64,000 nucleotides of DNA from Saccostrea echinata (Eukaryota), in the NCBI RefSeq assembly GCF_033153115.1, contig NW_026889751.1:17918001-17982000 (forward strand), in the 5' to 3' direction. Positions 49,700 through 62,358 of the stretch are shown one piece after another. Under the pieces are notes generated by a model. It saw only the letters and a program-made list of their open reading frames with translations. It was not told where the DNA came from and searched no databases. Positions within the stretch are counted from its first letter, which is position 1. The number at the start of each line of letters is the position of its first letter. The translations under genes were made by a program, and so were the position numbers.

Positions 49700-50542
49700 C
49701 GAAGATAACGAACAGTAAACAAGCTCAAATGTCCATTGGAACAATAAATTTGGAGCAAAACAAACACGGATCTCTAAAAACATCAGAGGTGGGATTATGT
49801 GCCTTGGAGGAGTAAGCATCCATGATGACCGGTCACACTCGCCGTGTGCTCCTTCTCATTTCATTGTGAAAATTTGTATGAAAAAAATGTCGGTGAATAT
49901 TCCAATTAACGATGGATTGTATTAATTTTGCTTAGAAGGTCATTGTATCGACCATAGAATTTGACTTAAAAGAATACTGTTGATATCCTTGTATCATCAA
50001 CTTATTTTTCAATATCTTGTCTCGATTAAGAAATTGTTGATGATTACGTAGAACATGCTCTTTCATATGGAATCAACTGGGAGACATAAACCTCATACTA
50101 AGGTGATAATGGTACATGTATATGGCTATATATTATAATGGAAGTTGACAATAGAAAAGTTGAAGTCATCATGTTTATCATAATGTTTTGTTGTTAGTTT
50201 GCCATTAATGTCTTTCTTTGATAAAATTTCCAAATATGAATCAGATATATCAGTCTCCGTTCTGTCTTTTATTTCAAATGGATATATCGAATCAACGTTG
50301 GAATGAAAATAAATATTGTTAATTGATAAAACGTCGTCAATATATATAAATGTTGAATTGAAGGCCACAGCAATAGACTTCTTCTTTTCATGTAGAAGTT
50401 TTTGAATGAATTCTACTTCATAGGAATGCAAAAAATAGGTGTTCTCATGGGGCGCAAATAGTATCCATGGAAATTCCGAAAGATTGTTGGAAGACCTGCT
50501 CTACAAAAACTACATCGATATTGTCAATCAGAAACTCGAGCA

Positions 50543-50574
<32 letters not shown>

Positions 50575-51080
50575 ATCAACTTCGGAGTATTTGGTTGTAC
50601 AATCAGAATGTTTCTAAACAAAATAATTTTGCAGAAGACCATTAACAAGGTTTATAAATTTACGAGTTCCATTTTTATTGAAAAAGCAGTTGTTCATGAT
50701 GTCAAAAAGTCTTGGACTTCAATTTAACGTGGGGCGCTGCAATCTCCTACGGGAGGAAATAAAGATAGAATGAATGAATGAAGTTATTCCTTCACTGTTG
50801 TTAATATTCTGGTGAAGAGTAAAGAAAGAGGCTTGGTAGAGCATTTACTAGGACCCTCTATGTATCTTTGTTTGCAAGGATTAAGTTTTGAAATCCAGTA
50901 TAGATATGGTAATTCAAATTCAATTTGATTGTTGTGAGTACTAAAATATTTAAACTAACACATGATTTTTAGATTTTCTTTACGCTACGAGTTTAAGTTG
51001 GGTTACCACTTGCAGAAATAAATCCAAGTTCCATTAAAATACAGTTCCTAATCACAGGCGCTTGGGTCCAGGATAATGTA
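49700..51080 (-). mobile_element. Decayed Penelope-like retroelement reverse transcriptase fragment
   Basis: GISMDTICAP...HSYEVEFIQKL...FIYIDDVLSINN...IYP.EIKD.TE....SYLEI...NGKLTTKHYDKHDDFNFSIVNF, i.e. the PLE RT YIDD and YDKRDDF motifs, with stops and frameshifts. Confidence 0.85.
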
Positions 51081-51310
51081 TATTTCTATATATAAATGTA
51101 TTGTCGAGGAAATTCGAACTAAATTCGTAACATTTTTTTAAAGCGCACAGCGATTATTTTTAGTTTTTTTGTAAATCTTTCTGCTTGATATACACTAAAC
51201 TGCCACAGAAAATGGATATTATGCACGTTTTAAGAATGAAAAATCCCAACTGTATACTAAAAAGAAAGTTTCTTTTCCCAGGTTGTATTCTAGTATCGAA
51301 GAATCCAAAT

Positions 51311-51402
51311 CAGGCCCGTAGGAAGCAATTTCAGTTTGGGGGGGCACAGCCAAACATTTTTCAGTTGACAGTTGAGGGGGCACTACCAAAAATTTTCTGA
51401 CA

Positions 51403-51436
<34 letters not shown>

Positions 51437-51563
51437 TCATCAGGCGGTTTTATTGAGGGGGCACATGCTTATAGTATCTATGTTTACTATAGTAATCTAT
51501 ATATCGGCAAAATTATTGGGGGGGGGCACGGCCCCTCCGTGCCCCCCGGTTCCTACGGCCATG
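51311..51563 (-). mobile_element. G/C-tract MITE, 5-bp TSD (CAAAT)
   Basis: CAGGCCCGTAGGAA ... TTCCTACGGCCATG flanked by CAAAT; reverse-complement homolog of 18379-18620. Confidence 0.85.
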
Positions 51564-52469
51564 CAAATATGGACTATCCTTGGCCTTTTCAAATAGATCA
51601 TTTAAAACTTTCAAAGGGACAGAGTAAAGTTTAGTGCAGATGTGATGAAGATCTAATTGTCTAAGAGATACATGTAGTAATGAATCAAAGGAAACATTTC
51701 CTATTATATAGGTTTATTGCAAGACCGATGTCCATGGCTAGGCTAACGTCTCTGTGTATTGTTAAAAATCCAGCTTCACTGTGGACTTGAAAGGTTCTCA
51801 ACACTGTCGACATTGTCACTGCAACCATATGGAGAAGCGGTGCCTAGTTTCCAGTCCAGTAGTCTTTGTACTCAATGATGTTCTTTTAGTATGATGGTAA
51901 ATCTTTTCTAGAATTCTAACTTTCGTTGACAAAATAGAATGACCAGGTAAATTAAGAGCTATTCTCTGTAACCACTAAAATAAAACTTTTTTTGCCCCGC
52001 ATGGTCACCACATATATCAAATAAAATTTGGTTGCTAAGTGTCTTGATTGCCATGGTAACAGCCGGATAAGCTTTTAAAAATGAGATTTTCAGCTAATCT
52101 ATATTGAACCTTAATAAAGACTTCGAAAAACGAACAAACAATTCTCACAAAAACATGACACCTTGTTAACACTTATGCTACAAAGAAACTGTTTACAATA
52201 CTCAAAGTAGGTGGTAACCATGGGTACATCTAGATTACATTTTACATGGTACAGGTGTTTTCATAACTGAAAGTCAGGGTTAGTTGTTCATAAATATCAA
52301 CAATAAAAAAAATTGGAATCGACATATAAGGGCACGTATCAAAGGAAACAAAATATTTTTCAGCTTTTTATCATATTTTTTCAGATATGATTTCCATAGC
52401 AACGCTCTATTCAAAGAATTTAATTTGAATTTCTTGAAAATTGGAAAATAAGGACCACACCAATGCTCT

Positions 52470-52910
52470 TAAATATCCAGAGCATAATAATAAGAATAAT
52501 ACTGGACTGTGCGGAAATTCCTATCCAAAAACCTTCAGCGCTAAAAACTCAGCGAGAAACATAGAGTTCATACAAACATCGGAACACTTACAAGGCATTG
52601 GTTGGAATTACTCCTGATGGAACCGTGTCCTAAGTGTCAACTTTGTATGGAGGAGCCGCATCAGATAAATTCATTGTTCAAAACTCTGGCATACTTGACC
52701 TTATAGAACTGGGTGACAATGTCATGGCCGATAGAGGTTTTGACATTGATGCAGAATTAAATAGAAGAGGTGCTAGTTTAAACATTCCACCATTTCGCAA
52801 TGGGAATTTTCAGTTGTCAAGCGAACAGGTAGACACAACGCGCCGCATTGCTGAGGTCAGAATCCACATTGCATGAGAGAGCAATTCAGAGAATCAAAAC
52901 TTTTCATATA
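52470..52910 (+). pseudogene. ISL2EU/PIF-Harbinger-type DDE transposase fragment (DDE_Tnp_4-like)
   Basis: [51 protein letters not shown]...GDNVMADRGF...LNIPPF...RIAEVRIHI / ERAIQRIKTF; two stops and a frameshift. Confidence 0.88.
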
Positions 52911-53136
52911 CAGAGTAACCTATGTAATACACTGTAGTTTATTTCTTACATATTTTTGTCATGCGTTTAAGACATCAGTCCTTCAACTTTTGGAAACAGT
53001 TTTTGCTTCTTGTTTGCATTGCTGCAAACGTTCATTAGGGGACTCTGAATATGATTAAAAATGCCATTTTTCAAACTTTAGGGCACGTTGTCATGGTAAC
53101 TATTTTTTGCCTGATTTGAGTTTACGGTAACAAAGA

Positions 53137-53269
53137 GTCGCCCGCGTGGCGCAGTGGTTAGAGCATTCGCTCTAGAGTCGCGGGGTAAGGAGATGACCCT
53201 TACGTCGCGAGTTCGAATCCCGCTGTGGGACGTGGAGACCGGTCCTTTGGATGAAACCGTATAAACCAA
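53137..53269 (+). mobile_element. 3'-truncated copy of the tRNA-derived SINE family at 34351
   Basis: GTCGCCCGCGTGGCGCAGTGGTTAGAGC...GAGTTCGAATCCCGCTGTGGGACGTGGAGAC aligns with 34352-34470. Confidence 0.85.
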
Positions 53270-53796
53270 GTTATTCTGGAGTTTCAAAACCTTTTGTCTT
53301 CACCTGATAAAAAGATCCATTTACATTATATCTTAATAAATCAGATTGTTTTAAGTTTTGCATGCCCACAAAAGATCCACTAAAATTAACTTTAATAAAT
53401 ATTATAGCTTGTCGCATTTTTTTAAATTCCAATATGCTTTATGTTGTTGAAATAGGACTTTATTTTTGGTTTAATGAAACAAGGCAATAAGAGAGAATGT
53501 TTTCTTTTTTTGAATGTTGGTTTGTTTGTTTTGTTCGTTTTGTTTTTATTCTTTGTTTGTTTGTTTTGTTTTTTTTTGCCTAATGGTTGACTTTTTGGGT
53601 TCAGTACCATGTCAATCTCGATATCTTCCATGCCATGATGCACTGAACTAAAAATAATTGTTAGTGCATGACGAATCAACTATAAAAAAATGAAGAAAAA
53701 TATTTATTAATAAACGTGTATAAAACAATAAAAACACCAGGTATATTTGACAAATATTATGACAACTAAAATTGTTCTGTCAGCTCAATTGACGTC

Positions 53797-54737
53797 TCAA
53801 AGTTTCTTTAGCCAAACTTCGTTATGTCGGTCGGTCACTTTGTATGGGCTATCGTATCCGGAGAAAAAGTAGAATGCGTTCTCGAATCTAGCACTGTTAC
53901 CGATTTGATCAGCCAAAGTCTGAAGTTCGTTCATGTAGTCTTCTGCTTTTGGTCTACCTCCAAATGATCTACAACGTTTAGATTAAAAATACATATGAAT
54001 ATGTATATATAAAATAGATGATTTAAATTTATATATCCATTTATTAATTTATGCTACATGTACATTGGTTTCATTAAAATTCATAAAGTTCATTAATTTC
54101 AATTAAAATTTTGACAAATGGAACACTAATATATAATAGCTTGTAGCAGTTTACAAATGAAGGTGCCTTACAAATGGTTGCCGAATTGGAAGATTATATC
54201 AATATTTCATGAAATAACCAGGGTTGTACAATGGCCAAATTTTCTTTTTGGGAGGTGCATATTTTCTTTTTACAAAAAATATTATTCACAATCGTATTAA
54301 ATCTGTAAAAATTCGGGCTAGTAGTTAACCCCCCCCCCCCCCCAAAAAAAAAAAAAACTTTCAGTTGCATTCATAAATTTCGATCTTGTAAGCTTGATGG
54401 ATTCCAGTAAGAACTCTTATTTGGACTTACCTCACAAAAACCTGCATGGCGGGTAAGTCCCTGAGATACACGCGCGGATCTGTGGGGGTGGGCGTGTTCG
54501 CTTGTAAGGAGAAAGGGATCATAAAATGGGTCATGAACGTGCTCTCACAGGCGGGCCCAGGTCCGTGGAGCACTTCACGTAATACTGGGGCGGTCATGGG
54601 GATTTTTGAATCTGGAAAAAATATGATATATCTTATTTTTTTAAATTCTGCATGTAAACATGTATAATAGTATCCACTATCCAAATCAAACTCTTAAAGA
54701 AGATTCTGTGGTGAATAATAATAACGACTGCGTGATG

Positions 54738-54768
<31 letters not shown>

Positions 54769-57340
54769 TCTATTTTAAACGATTTTAGTACATATACTTA
54801 CGAGCAGAATTATTTCCAGATATATAATAGAAAAGTTTATCAAACATTGTTTTGTCATCGTCATCTGTGAATATCATGGCGGTTAGATTTGTCATCACCC
54901 ATTTTGATGGTTCGTACTGACGGAGCTCATATCCCTCCTTCAAAAATAATAATAATCTATACTTATAAATTAACAAATTTCGCAAATAAACTCCGAAACA
55001 GGTGTACCAGAGTTCTTACTAACTCCTCTAAGAATACACTAGATACAAGTTGATGTCCGTAAACTATATTCAGATTTCACTCCCATAGTAAGTATTGTAC
55101 ATTAAATTAAAAGTCTACTTTCATTTTCTATAAACAGCCATGAAATAGCAAAAACATGAGTACGGTGGCGTTTCCGGTTGGCGGATCTATGTTACTGGCA
55201 ATTTTTAATGAAACTGACAACAAGCAATCCTTTATTTGTTTCATAAAACGTCATCACTGAATTATTCAATCAAAACTTTATTTAAATGATGTAAAAAAAA
55301 AAAAATAAGTTGTGATAACCGATTAAAAAAGGAAATGTGCAAACTATTTTCGTCATTCACCGATCTTAATATTGACGGAAGCTTCTAGAACATCCTAAAG
55401 CATCAAGCCCGATGTTAAAAAGGAAAAAAAAAAACGAAAAAAAAAACCAAAAAACGAGGCGATTATAGCTGCATGAAAAGTTTTGTGTGAATGGTCATTG
55501 AAATAATGGTAAATCATTGATAACACTATAAGTTCTGAATATATTTATTATTAATTTCAGTTAAGTGTGCCGTTTTGCATTACGTCACAACCTATGACGA
55601 CAGCTGTGATCAAGGTATATAATACACGCCTCCTAACCGCAAACTTTATGACTGGTAGTTTCTTCTTATCCTTGATTGGTTGCTCGTGCAACAGACTATC
55701 TCCGTGTCAATGTTGATAAAATGAGTTGACCAATCAGACAGCGGCGTTGTGAATTGTTTACGCTGGGCGCATCTATCGAAAAAGATCGTGACGTAATGCG
55801 AAACGGCACACTTCACTGGAATTGATAATATACATCGAAAGACTATTACATATATGTTGTAGGTTTTCCTAATAAATTTATCGGTAAAATTTGTATATAT
55901 ATTCCTTACTGAGAGGCATCGTGGCAACAAACGCGAAGTACAATTTGTATTTCGTAATAAACTTGCTTACATGAAAAGAGAAAATTAATGAATAAGGTAG
56001 TGTTCAAATAAAATTAAAGGTATAAAATTTTGTGCTTTAATCAACACATTTCATTTTTTTTTCTCTGCTATTTCATTGGGCGTTAAAAGCTAATTTTTAA
56101 ACAGGAACTTGGTTCTTGGTTTATAAATATGTTTGGACCTTAATACTGTTATGTAAAGAAAAGTAAAGTACATATTTTACATATCAATAAGGTACATACA
56201 TATTTATAAATCAAGACCCAAGTACCTGTGAATCCCCCCCCCCCCCCCAATGAATTTATCAGTAAAATGTGCATATTCGCTACTTTTATCCTTGACGGAA
56301 ATGGAATAAGAACATCTGAAGTACAATATCCATAACATAGTATACATGTTACAGGTTTCACAATAAACGTCAAATAATGGAATTGTTATTTTTTCAGGCT
56401 TTTACAAAAAGGGGTGGGGGGACGTATATCTACTTAGATAATATATAATATTGATATTATCTCTAATATATATATATCTCTAATATATCTCTAATATATA
56501 TATATATTATATAGAGGGGACGTATATCTGAACAAAGTATTTCTTCCTGCTATACGCCTGTAGGCTGTCAGTAGAAACTACAATATATTTTCTGACTGTA
56601 GTGGTATAAATTCAATTCCCCGCGCTTGCGCGGGATTTCATCTAGTAATACATAAATAAGCCATAAGAAAGAAAAGAAAAAAGAAAAAGAAAAGTAATAC
56701 TAATGAATAAATAAATAACAAGAACACAAGTAAAACATACAATACTTTTTATCACAATTACAGGTAAAGTGTGGATTTATTTTTAGTAGGAAGTGTCGTA
56801 TCGATACTCTCGTCCATCATTATCAGTGAATTCTGCGGAGTTTTTCTCATTAGAGCCAGTGTGTCACGGGCACTTGTTTCGTATATGGGGTCACCCCCTT
56901 CTTTTTCTTTCCAGAAAAAGAAGGGGGTGACCCCATATACGAAACAAGTGCCTGTGCAGATCAGAACAAATCTGGTAGATTTCACAGAATGAAGTCAGTG
57001 AAAATAGTTTTTTTTATCAATATGTTAAGCTGGTTTCTTTTCCAGCAACACTTGGAACTCCAAACTCTCGGTATTTAAAAAAAATGTCCCTCTGTGCTTT
57101 TATTATTTTAGAATACGAATTCTACAATTTAAATGGCATTTTCTGACATCCCCTGTTCTGATATTATCTAAGAAAATGGTTAATTACTTTGAATGTCTGA
57201 AGGACGGAGAATCTTGGACAGTCCAAATGATTGCAGAATGCCGGAAGTGGGGGAGCATCGTGTACATGTGTGTGTGGGTCGTGAAGAACTAACCCGACGG
57301 CTAGTGGGAGGAAACAGGAAATAAGGACCTCACGATTCAT
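53797..57340 (-). CDS. SOUL/heme-binding protein 2-like secreted protein, paralog A (213 aa, 4 coding exons)
   Basis: Exons 57340-57188, 54937-54802, 54611-54431, 53968-53797 (642 nt, GT-AG, TGA). Features: signal peptide, FCNHLDCPRFSV, GYELRQY, FDKLFYYISGNN, KIPMTAPV, PTDPRV, VFVRSFGG, GYDSPYKVTDRHNEVW. AATAAA at ~53708-53703. Confidence 0.94.
56460..56645 (+). mobile_element. Miniature Helitron
   Basis: A|TCTCTAATATA 5' end, GC hairpin CCCGCGCTTGCGCGGG (56619-56634), CTAG|T 3' end, no TSD. The 5' boundary is less certain than the 3' boundary. Confidence 0.7.
56865..56956. repeat. 92-bp hairpin element (40-bp perfect stem, 4-nt loop), CAC(A/G)GGCAC termini
   Basis: GGCACTTGTTTCGTATATGGGGTCACCCCCTTCTTTTTCT-TTCC-AGAAAAAGAAGGGGGTGACCCCATATACGAAACAAGTGCC. 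Confidence 0.92.
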
Positions 57341-57852
57341 TCTGAAAATCAAATATAGAAATTTAAATTTATGATAAGATCAAAAGAGTATTTGTATATG
57401 AATAAAAAATAGAAACATTATATAGATATTGTCGAACAGAATTTTCTCAAAATTTACAGGGTAATCGTAAAGGTTGCAGGCCTTATGTGCTTAAGGCACG
57501 AAGAGGACTAAGTAAGTGCAACCATTAAGGTTCATTGATTCTTTGATTAGAAAGACAATTTTGAATGGGGTGAATTTCTATTATTCCTTTATAAAATTGC
57601 CAAGTTTAAAAAATGTCTTTATTGTCCACTTTTGCCCCGCATGCTATGTTAATATGGTTTGTATTTTACTTAAAAATAAATTTCTTTTGGGAAATCATAA
57701 TTATACGTACATGTAAAGCAACATTTTATATGAGTGAACAGAGGCATAGGTACCTTAAAATAGTCCACCTACCTTAAATTACTGCTTCTTTTTAATTGAA
57801 TCAAACTGATCACTTGTGTGTTCTATTACTTTATGATGCTCCCAATCAGATT

Positions 57853-57862
57853 CTTTTTATAT
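57853..57862 (-). promoter_or_regulatory. Putative TATA box of SOUL paralog A
   Basis: Reverse-strand TATAAAAA about 100 bp upstream of a candidate non-coding exon donor (AAG|GTACC near 57753). An acceptor 1 nt before the ATG at 57340 implies a 5' UTR exon. Confidence 0.45.
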
Positions 57863-58487
57863 TTGAACGAAAATGAGTTATGTCACCGTGTACATACTCA
57901 CATGACGCACGTGTAAAGCCACGAGGGATGATCCCCCAGAGGAAGATAACCAAGTTAAAACCATATTTATTCAGACATTATGTTGTGTAACCGGCCTTCC
58001 TTAGAAAATAGCCGGTTGAAGAACAAATAACTGTTATCTTTCTACAAATACCATTTTGATATCAAAGTTTAGTGGACGAGTCCTGATACACAAAGGTCAT
58101 AGGAATGACTTGGTCATTTTATAACCGAACACTACCAACAGTTATTTGTAAATGATTCTTTGGGTGAGGTGGGGGCTGGGGGTGACAAATTCTTACCTCG
58201 GACTGAAGCAGACAAGAGGATAAATTACAATTTCATGAAGGGTACATTTGCAACACGATGAATACAATATATGCTCTTCATGGTAAAACATGTGAACTCC
58301 AAGTACTTCATCTTAATAATTATACATATACCTGCAATGAATTTGATTATAATTTCATTTCGTCGTATGAAAATGCAATTAACATGTATCACAATGCATG
58401 ATTTTCATATAAAGATGACGTCGTATATATGTAAAAATTTTCAGATAGTATATCTGGTATTTAAAAAAAATAAATAAGTAAAATGGT

Positions 58488-58670
58488 CATGAAATAACCA
58501 CAGCAAAACATAATAAAGCACCACCTTCACATGAAATAACCACAGCAAAACATAATAAAGCAACACCTTCACATGAAATAACCACAGCATAACATAATAA
58601 AGCACCATCTTCACATGAAATAACCACAGCATAACATAATAAAGCACCATCTTCTCATAAAATAACCACA
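58488..58670. repeat. 42-bp minisatellite, ~4.3 copies
   Basis: CATGAAATAACCACAGCA(A/T)AACATAATAAAGCACCA(C/T)CTTCA at 58488, 58530, 58572, 58614 and partial at 58656. Confidence 0.95.
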
Positions 58671-59282
58671 TAAGGCAGCTATGGCATTCCATACCTATCA
58701 GTAATTAACTCAGACACGCTGAATTCTTTTCCATATTTTCAAATAATAAAAAGTATAGAAAAAATAAGCATAATTCTTAGTGTTACATAAATTTATAGAA
58801 CTAATTAAGTAGTTTAACACATTAAGTCAATGCTTTTCCTGAAATAAGATAAATTTCCTTTATATATAACAGTAACATGGATGCATGTAAAGAAGACCTA
58901 GAGCTGTGCATCTAAAAACAATACACCTTTAGTACTGAAAAAAATATCAGGTTTTTAAAAATAGTTTTGGTAACACAGGCACTTAACATTTTATTACAGA
59001 AACATGTGCCTGTGTTTGGTACAAGTAAGTATTAATAATCATGACACATTTCAAACATACTTCCTTATATCTAGCAGATATAGAAATTGATTCTATGAAT
59101 CTACTTCTCGAGCTCCATTTTTTTTCTTAGTGTCTTTTTTTTTTTCATTTCTCCCAAGTCATAATCTGCATGCCATAAATGGGACTATAGATAATCTTTC
59201 TAAAAGGAGTCAATAATACGGCCTCACACGTGTTGGGCACGTTTGTACGTTATCAAACAAAATTTTCAGGCCCTCGTCAGTC

Positions 59283-59290
59283 TATAAATA
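59283..59290 (+). promoter_or_regulatory. Putative TATA box of SOUL paralog B
   Basis: TATAAATA followed about 75 bp later by a strong donor AAG|GTAAGA (59363); acceptor TTTCAG at 59818 precedes the ATG at 59840. Confidence 0.55.
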
Positions 59291-59839
59291 CGGAGGTTCA
59301 AAAACACCGAAATTATTCAGAATTATACGAGTTGAAAGGTGAATAAATCTGTTGGCATCCAAGGTAAGAAATGGATATACAACTTAAGCAAAATACATCT
59401 GTTTCATGTTGTTTTGTCCGAAAAAAACCCCGGTGCAGTTGAGTTTTAATGAGCTTATTACAATTATCTATTTTTAAAAAAAAATATATTTATCTGTTTG
59501 TTTCTTCTTCTTTGTTTTTGTTCTGTATTTAATTCTTAAAAATATATAGCTGTTTAAAAAAATCTTAATGCAAGATTATCAATTCTGAAAAAAAGAAGAG
59601 ATTAACGTTAAAAGCATAAAACTGTTGGTGTGCATGACTTACATGTAATAATCAATAATAAATTAAGGTGAAAAGCAATATAGGCCTATAGGTAATCTAA
59701 AACTTGTATATTAACTACAACATTTTCAAAGTCAGTGAAAATTGTACAATGTACTGGATATATTAGAATATTTTTTTGGCTTCTAGAATTCTCCAACAAA
59801 CAGTATTTTTTGTTTCAGTTGTAGATAGTAGCTGGGATA

Positions 59840-61631
59840 ATGATTCGACTTGCTGTTTTCACATGTATCCTTGCTCTTGCTCTTGCTGTCCCCAATCAAC
59901 CATGGTTCTGTCACGACTTAGACTGTCCAAAGTATACTGTGCTAAAAAACTTCACAGTAAGTTTTGGGTAGTTTAAATGTGAAGGAATTTTTAGTTCATT
60001 TTCTTTTTATAAGTCGTTGTGCTTTTCCAACAACACATCATTCACAAAGTTTATTAACATTACACTGTGAATTCGTGTCTGACCTATTAACAATAATTAG
60101 TTCCACTGTACATAGATAAAACCCTCTAGTGCAAAAAATTAACAAATTCGGATTTTACTCAACTCCTTGATTTTCTTGACACTTAAAAGTTGTAAAGGTT
60201 TCAATTTAACATATTCGATCATGAATACGTATATTTGAACCTACATGTACATGCATATTCAAATAATACAGTAATTTTGTTTATCTAAACAAATTGAACA
60301 TTTCATTATATAAATGTGTATCCCGTTTCCAGCATCACCAATTAGACACATTTACACGTTTTTGTTATTCTTTTGTGTACTTTACAGGGCTATGAGTTAA
60401 GGAGATATGAAGTTTCACAATGGGTAGCAACAAGAGATATGGTTACAAATTACGATACCCACAAAAATTCACAAATGTTCTTCAAGCTTTTCTACTACAT
60501 TTCCGGAAATAATACTGCAGGTACTTAATAATAACATTCATGAGATTTTCATTTGTAATATAAAGTAGAAAGAATTTGCATCTTGTAATAACTTTTTCAA
60601 GGTATGAAGATTCCCATGACTGCCCCCGTGGTGAATATCTTTACCCCTGGGGTGGGGATGCAGCAAACCGTGTCGGAGATGCACTTTATGATTCCCCATA
60701 ATATGCAGCCCTACCCTCCCCAGCCAACTGACCCTACCGTGTATATCACAATGCTTCCAACGCTGGACGTCTATGTCAAGTAAGAACGTTAACTCAAAGC
60801 TAATTACAAAACTAATCAAAGTAAAGGTTACTTAATTTAATGTACATGTATATCGTTATTGTTCTAAAGTTAACAATATGTCTTTGATCTGGGGCTCAGT
60901 CTACAATAATATAAAAATATTGCATGTAGTTGAGTGTAACATTGAAAATTTTCACCCCAAGAAAACCACTGTCAACCGAGGCGCACCCGAGGTTGACAAT
61001 GGTTTTCGAGGGGTGAAAATTTTCAATGTTACACTCAACTACATGCAATATTTATTATATTATACTGAATGTTTTATACAAATACATTTAACAGTGAACC
61101 TTGCGCACATAAATTCTGCGCAGTCAATATTTTTTTGAATATCACCCGTCGTCAAGCAATGTTGACTGTTGCTACGCTGGAGGGCGTGGCTTCATTGTTC
61201 AGCGGGTAATAGTGTTTTTAACAAATGATTCTCGACGAATCAGATTCAACTAATTTACATGAAAGTATAATAAAACAAAATAATAGTTAGGTTACAGAAG
61301 CGAACTTTCAATAACGGCCAAATTATTCAGTTAAGATTTCATTTATATTTAAAAAGAACATTTCATTGCAAGGTACAAAGTTTGACCGCTCCCTTATAGA
61401 GTATACGTGAGTTCGCTGTAAACATTTTTTACTGTATTTATTTATCTACTTTCTTCCAGATCTTTTAGCGGATTTGCGAATCACATGATGAACATTGTAA
61501 AAGTAACAGAACTGAAAAATGAAATTAACAACACTAGCCTGCATTATGACGATCATTTCTATACCGCTGGTTATGACGGACCTTACTCAGTCAACAGGCA
61601 TAATGAAGTTTGGCTCGCTGCCAAAAATTAA
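59840..61631 (+). CDS. SOUL/heme-binding protein 2-like secreted protein, paralog B (199 aa, 4 coding exons)
   Basis: Exons 59840-59956, 60388-60520, 60602-60779, 61460-61631 (600 nt, GT-AG, TAA). Features: signal peptide MIRLAVFTCILALALA, PWFCHDLDCPKYTV, GYELRRY, FFKLFYYISGNN, MKIPMTAPV, YVKSFSG, AGYDGPYSVNRHNEVW. AATAAA at ~61809. Confidence 0.95.
60905..61272. mobile_element. Non-autonomous element with a ~150-bp palindrome at one end (possibly Crypton-type)
   Basis: Arms ATATTGCATGTAGTTGAGTGTAACATTGAAAATTTTCACCCC..TGTCAACC / GGTTGACA..GGGGTGAAAATTTTCAATGTTACACTCAACTACATGCAATAT (about 60905-61062). The family and right boundary are inferred. Confidence 0.6.
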
Positions 61632-61876
61632 TTACTGTGATACTTACAATGAATATGTACATATGTAACATACTGGTCATTGTCATCTCATATATAATAT
61701 GAACAGAATATCTCACATCATATGCAACTTCCATCTGTATAAAGAAAAATCATCATCACTATGTAAATATAATTATTTTGAACTTTGTAAATATTTTTTA
61801 AAGAGGTAAATAAATATATTTTAACAACATTCGATATTTTTTTTATATCAGAATTGGAAAAATTCTGAAATATACC

Positions 61877-62358
61877 TTTTTATGCCCCGTAATCGGAAAT
61901 TCGAGGGCATATTTAATATTTGGACTGTCCGTCAGTTTGTCCGCAAAAATGTTAACCTTGACCATATAACTTTTGAAGGGTTGGTGCAAGGGCTTTCATA
62001 TTTCACGTGTATTCCTTGTGGCAAGATCTTATATTGGGTTCTAACATTTTTTATCCCTGACCTTGTTAGTGGGGTACAACAGCTATTTTTGACCCCATGA
62101 CCTTGACCCTGCAGTTTGACTTACTTTGGAAAATCTTTAACCTTGGTCATAACCTTTGAACGATTGGTGCTACATGACTGCCTAGGGCTTTCATATTTCA
62201 CATATTTATTCCTCGTGACAAGGCCTTTCTTTTGGGTATACCGACATTTTTTTTACCCCATGGCCTTGACCACAGAGTTTAACCTACTTTTTGAAAAACT
62301 TTATTTAATCTTGGCCATGAACCTCGTGAGCATCAATGTTTCACAAACACATCTTGTA
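61877..62358 (+). mobile_element. Helentron-type non-autonomous element (HINE-like)
   Basis: T-run insertion, 5' hairpin TATGCCC..GGGCATA, CTGTCCGTC microsatellite remnant, two TGACCTTGACC-type internal units, 3' TGTTTCACAAACACATCTTGT. Confidence 0.7.

Noticed and set aside
58441-58692. Hydrophobic repeat ORF (VLYYVMLWLFHVK)n
   Set aside because: Translation of the 42-bp minisatellite; no splice or expression support visible.
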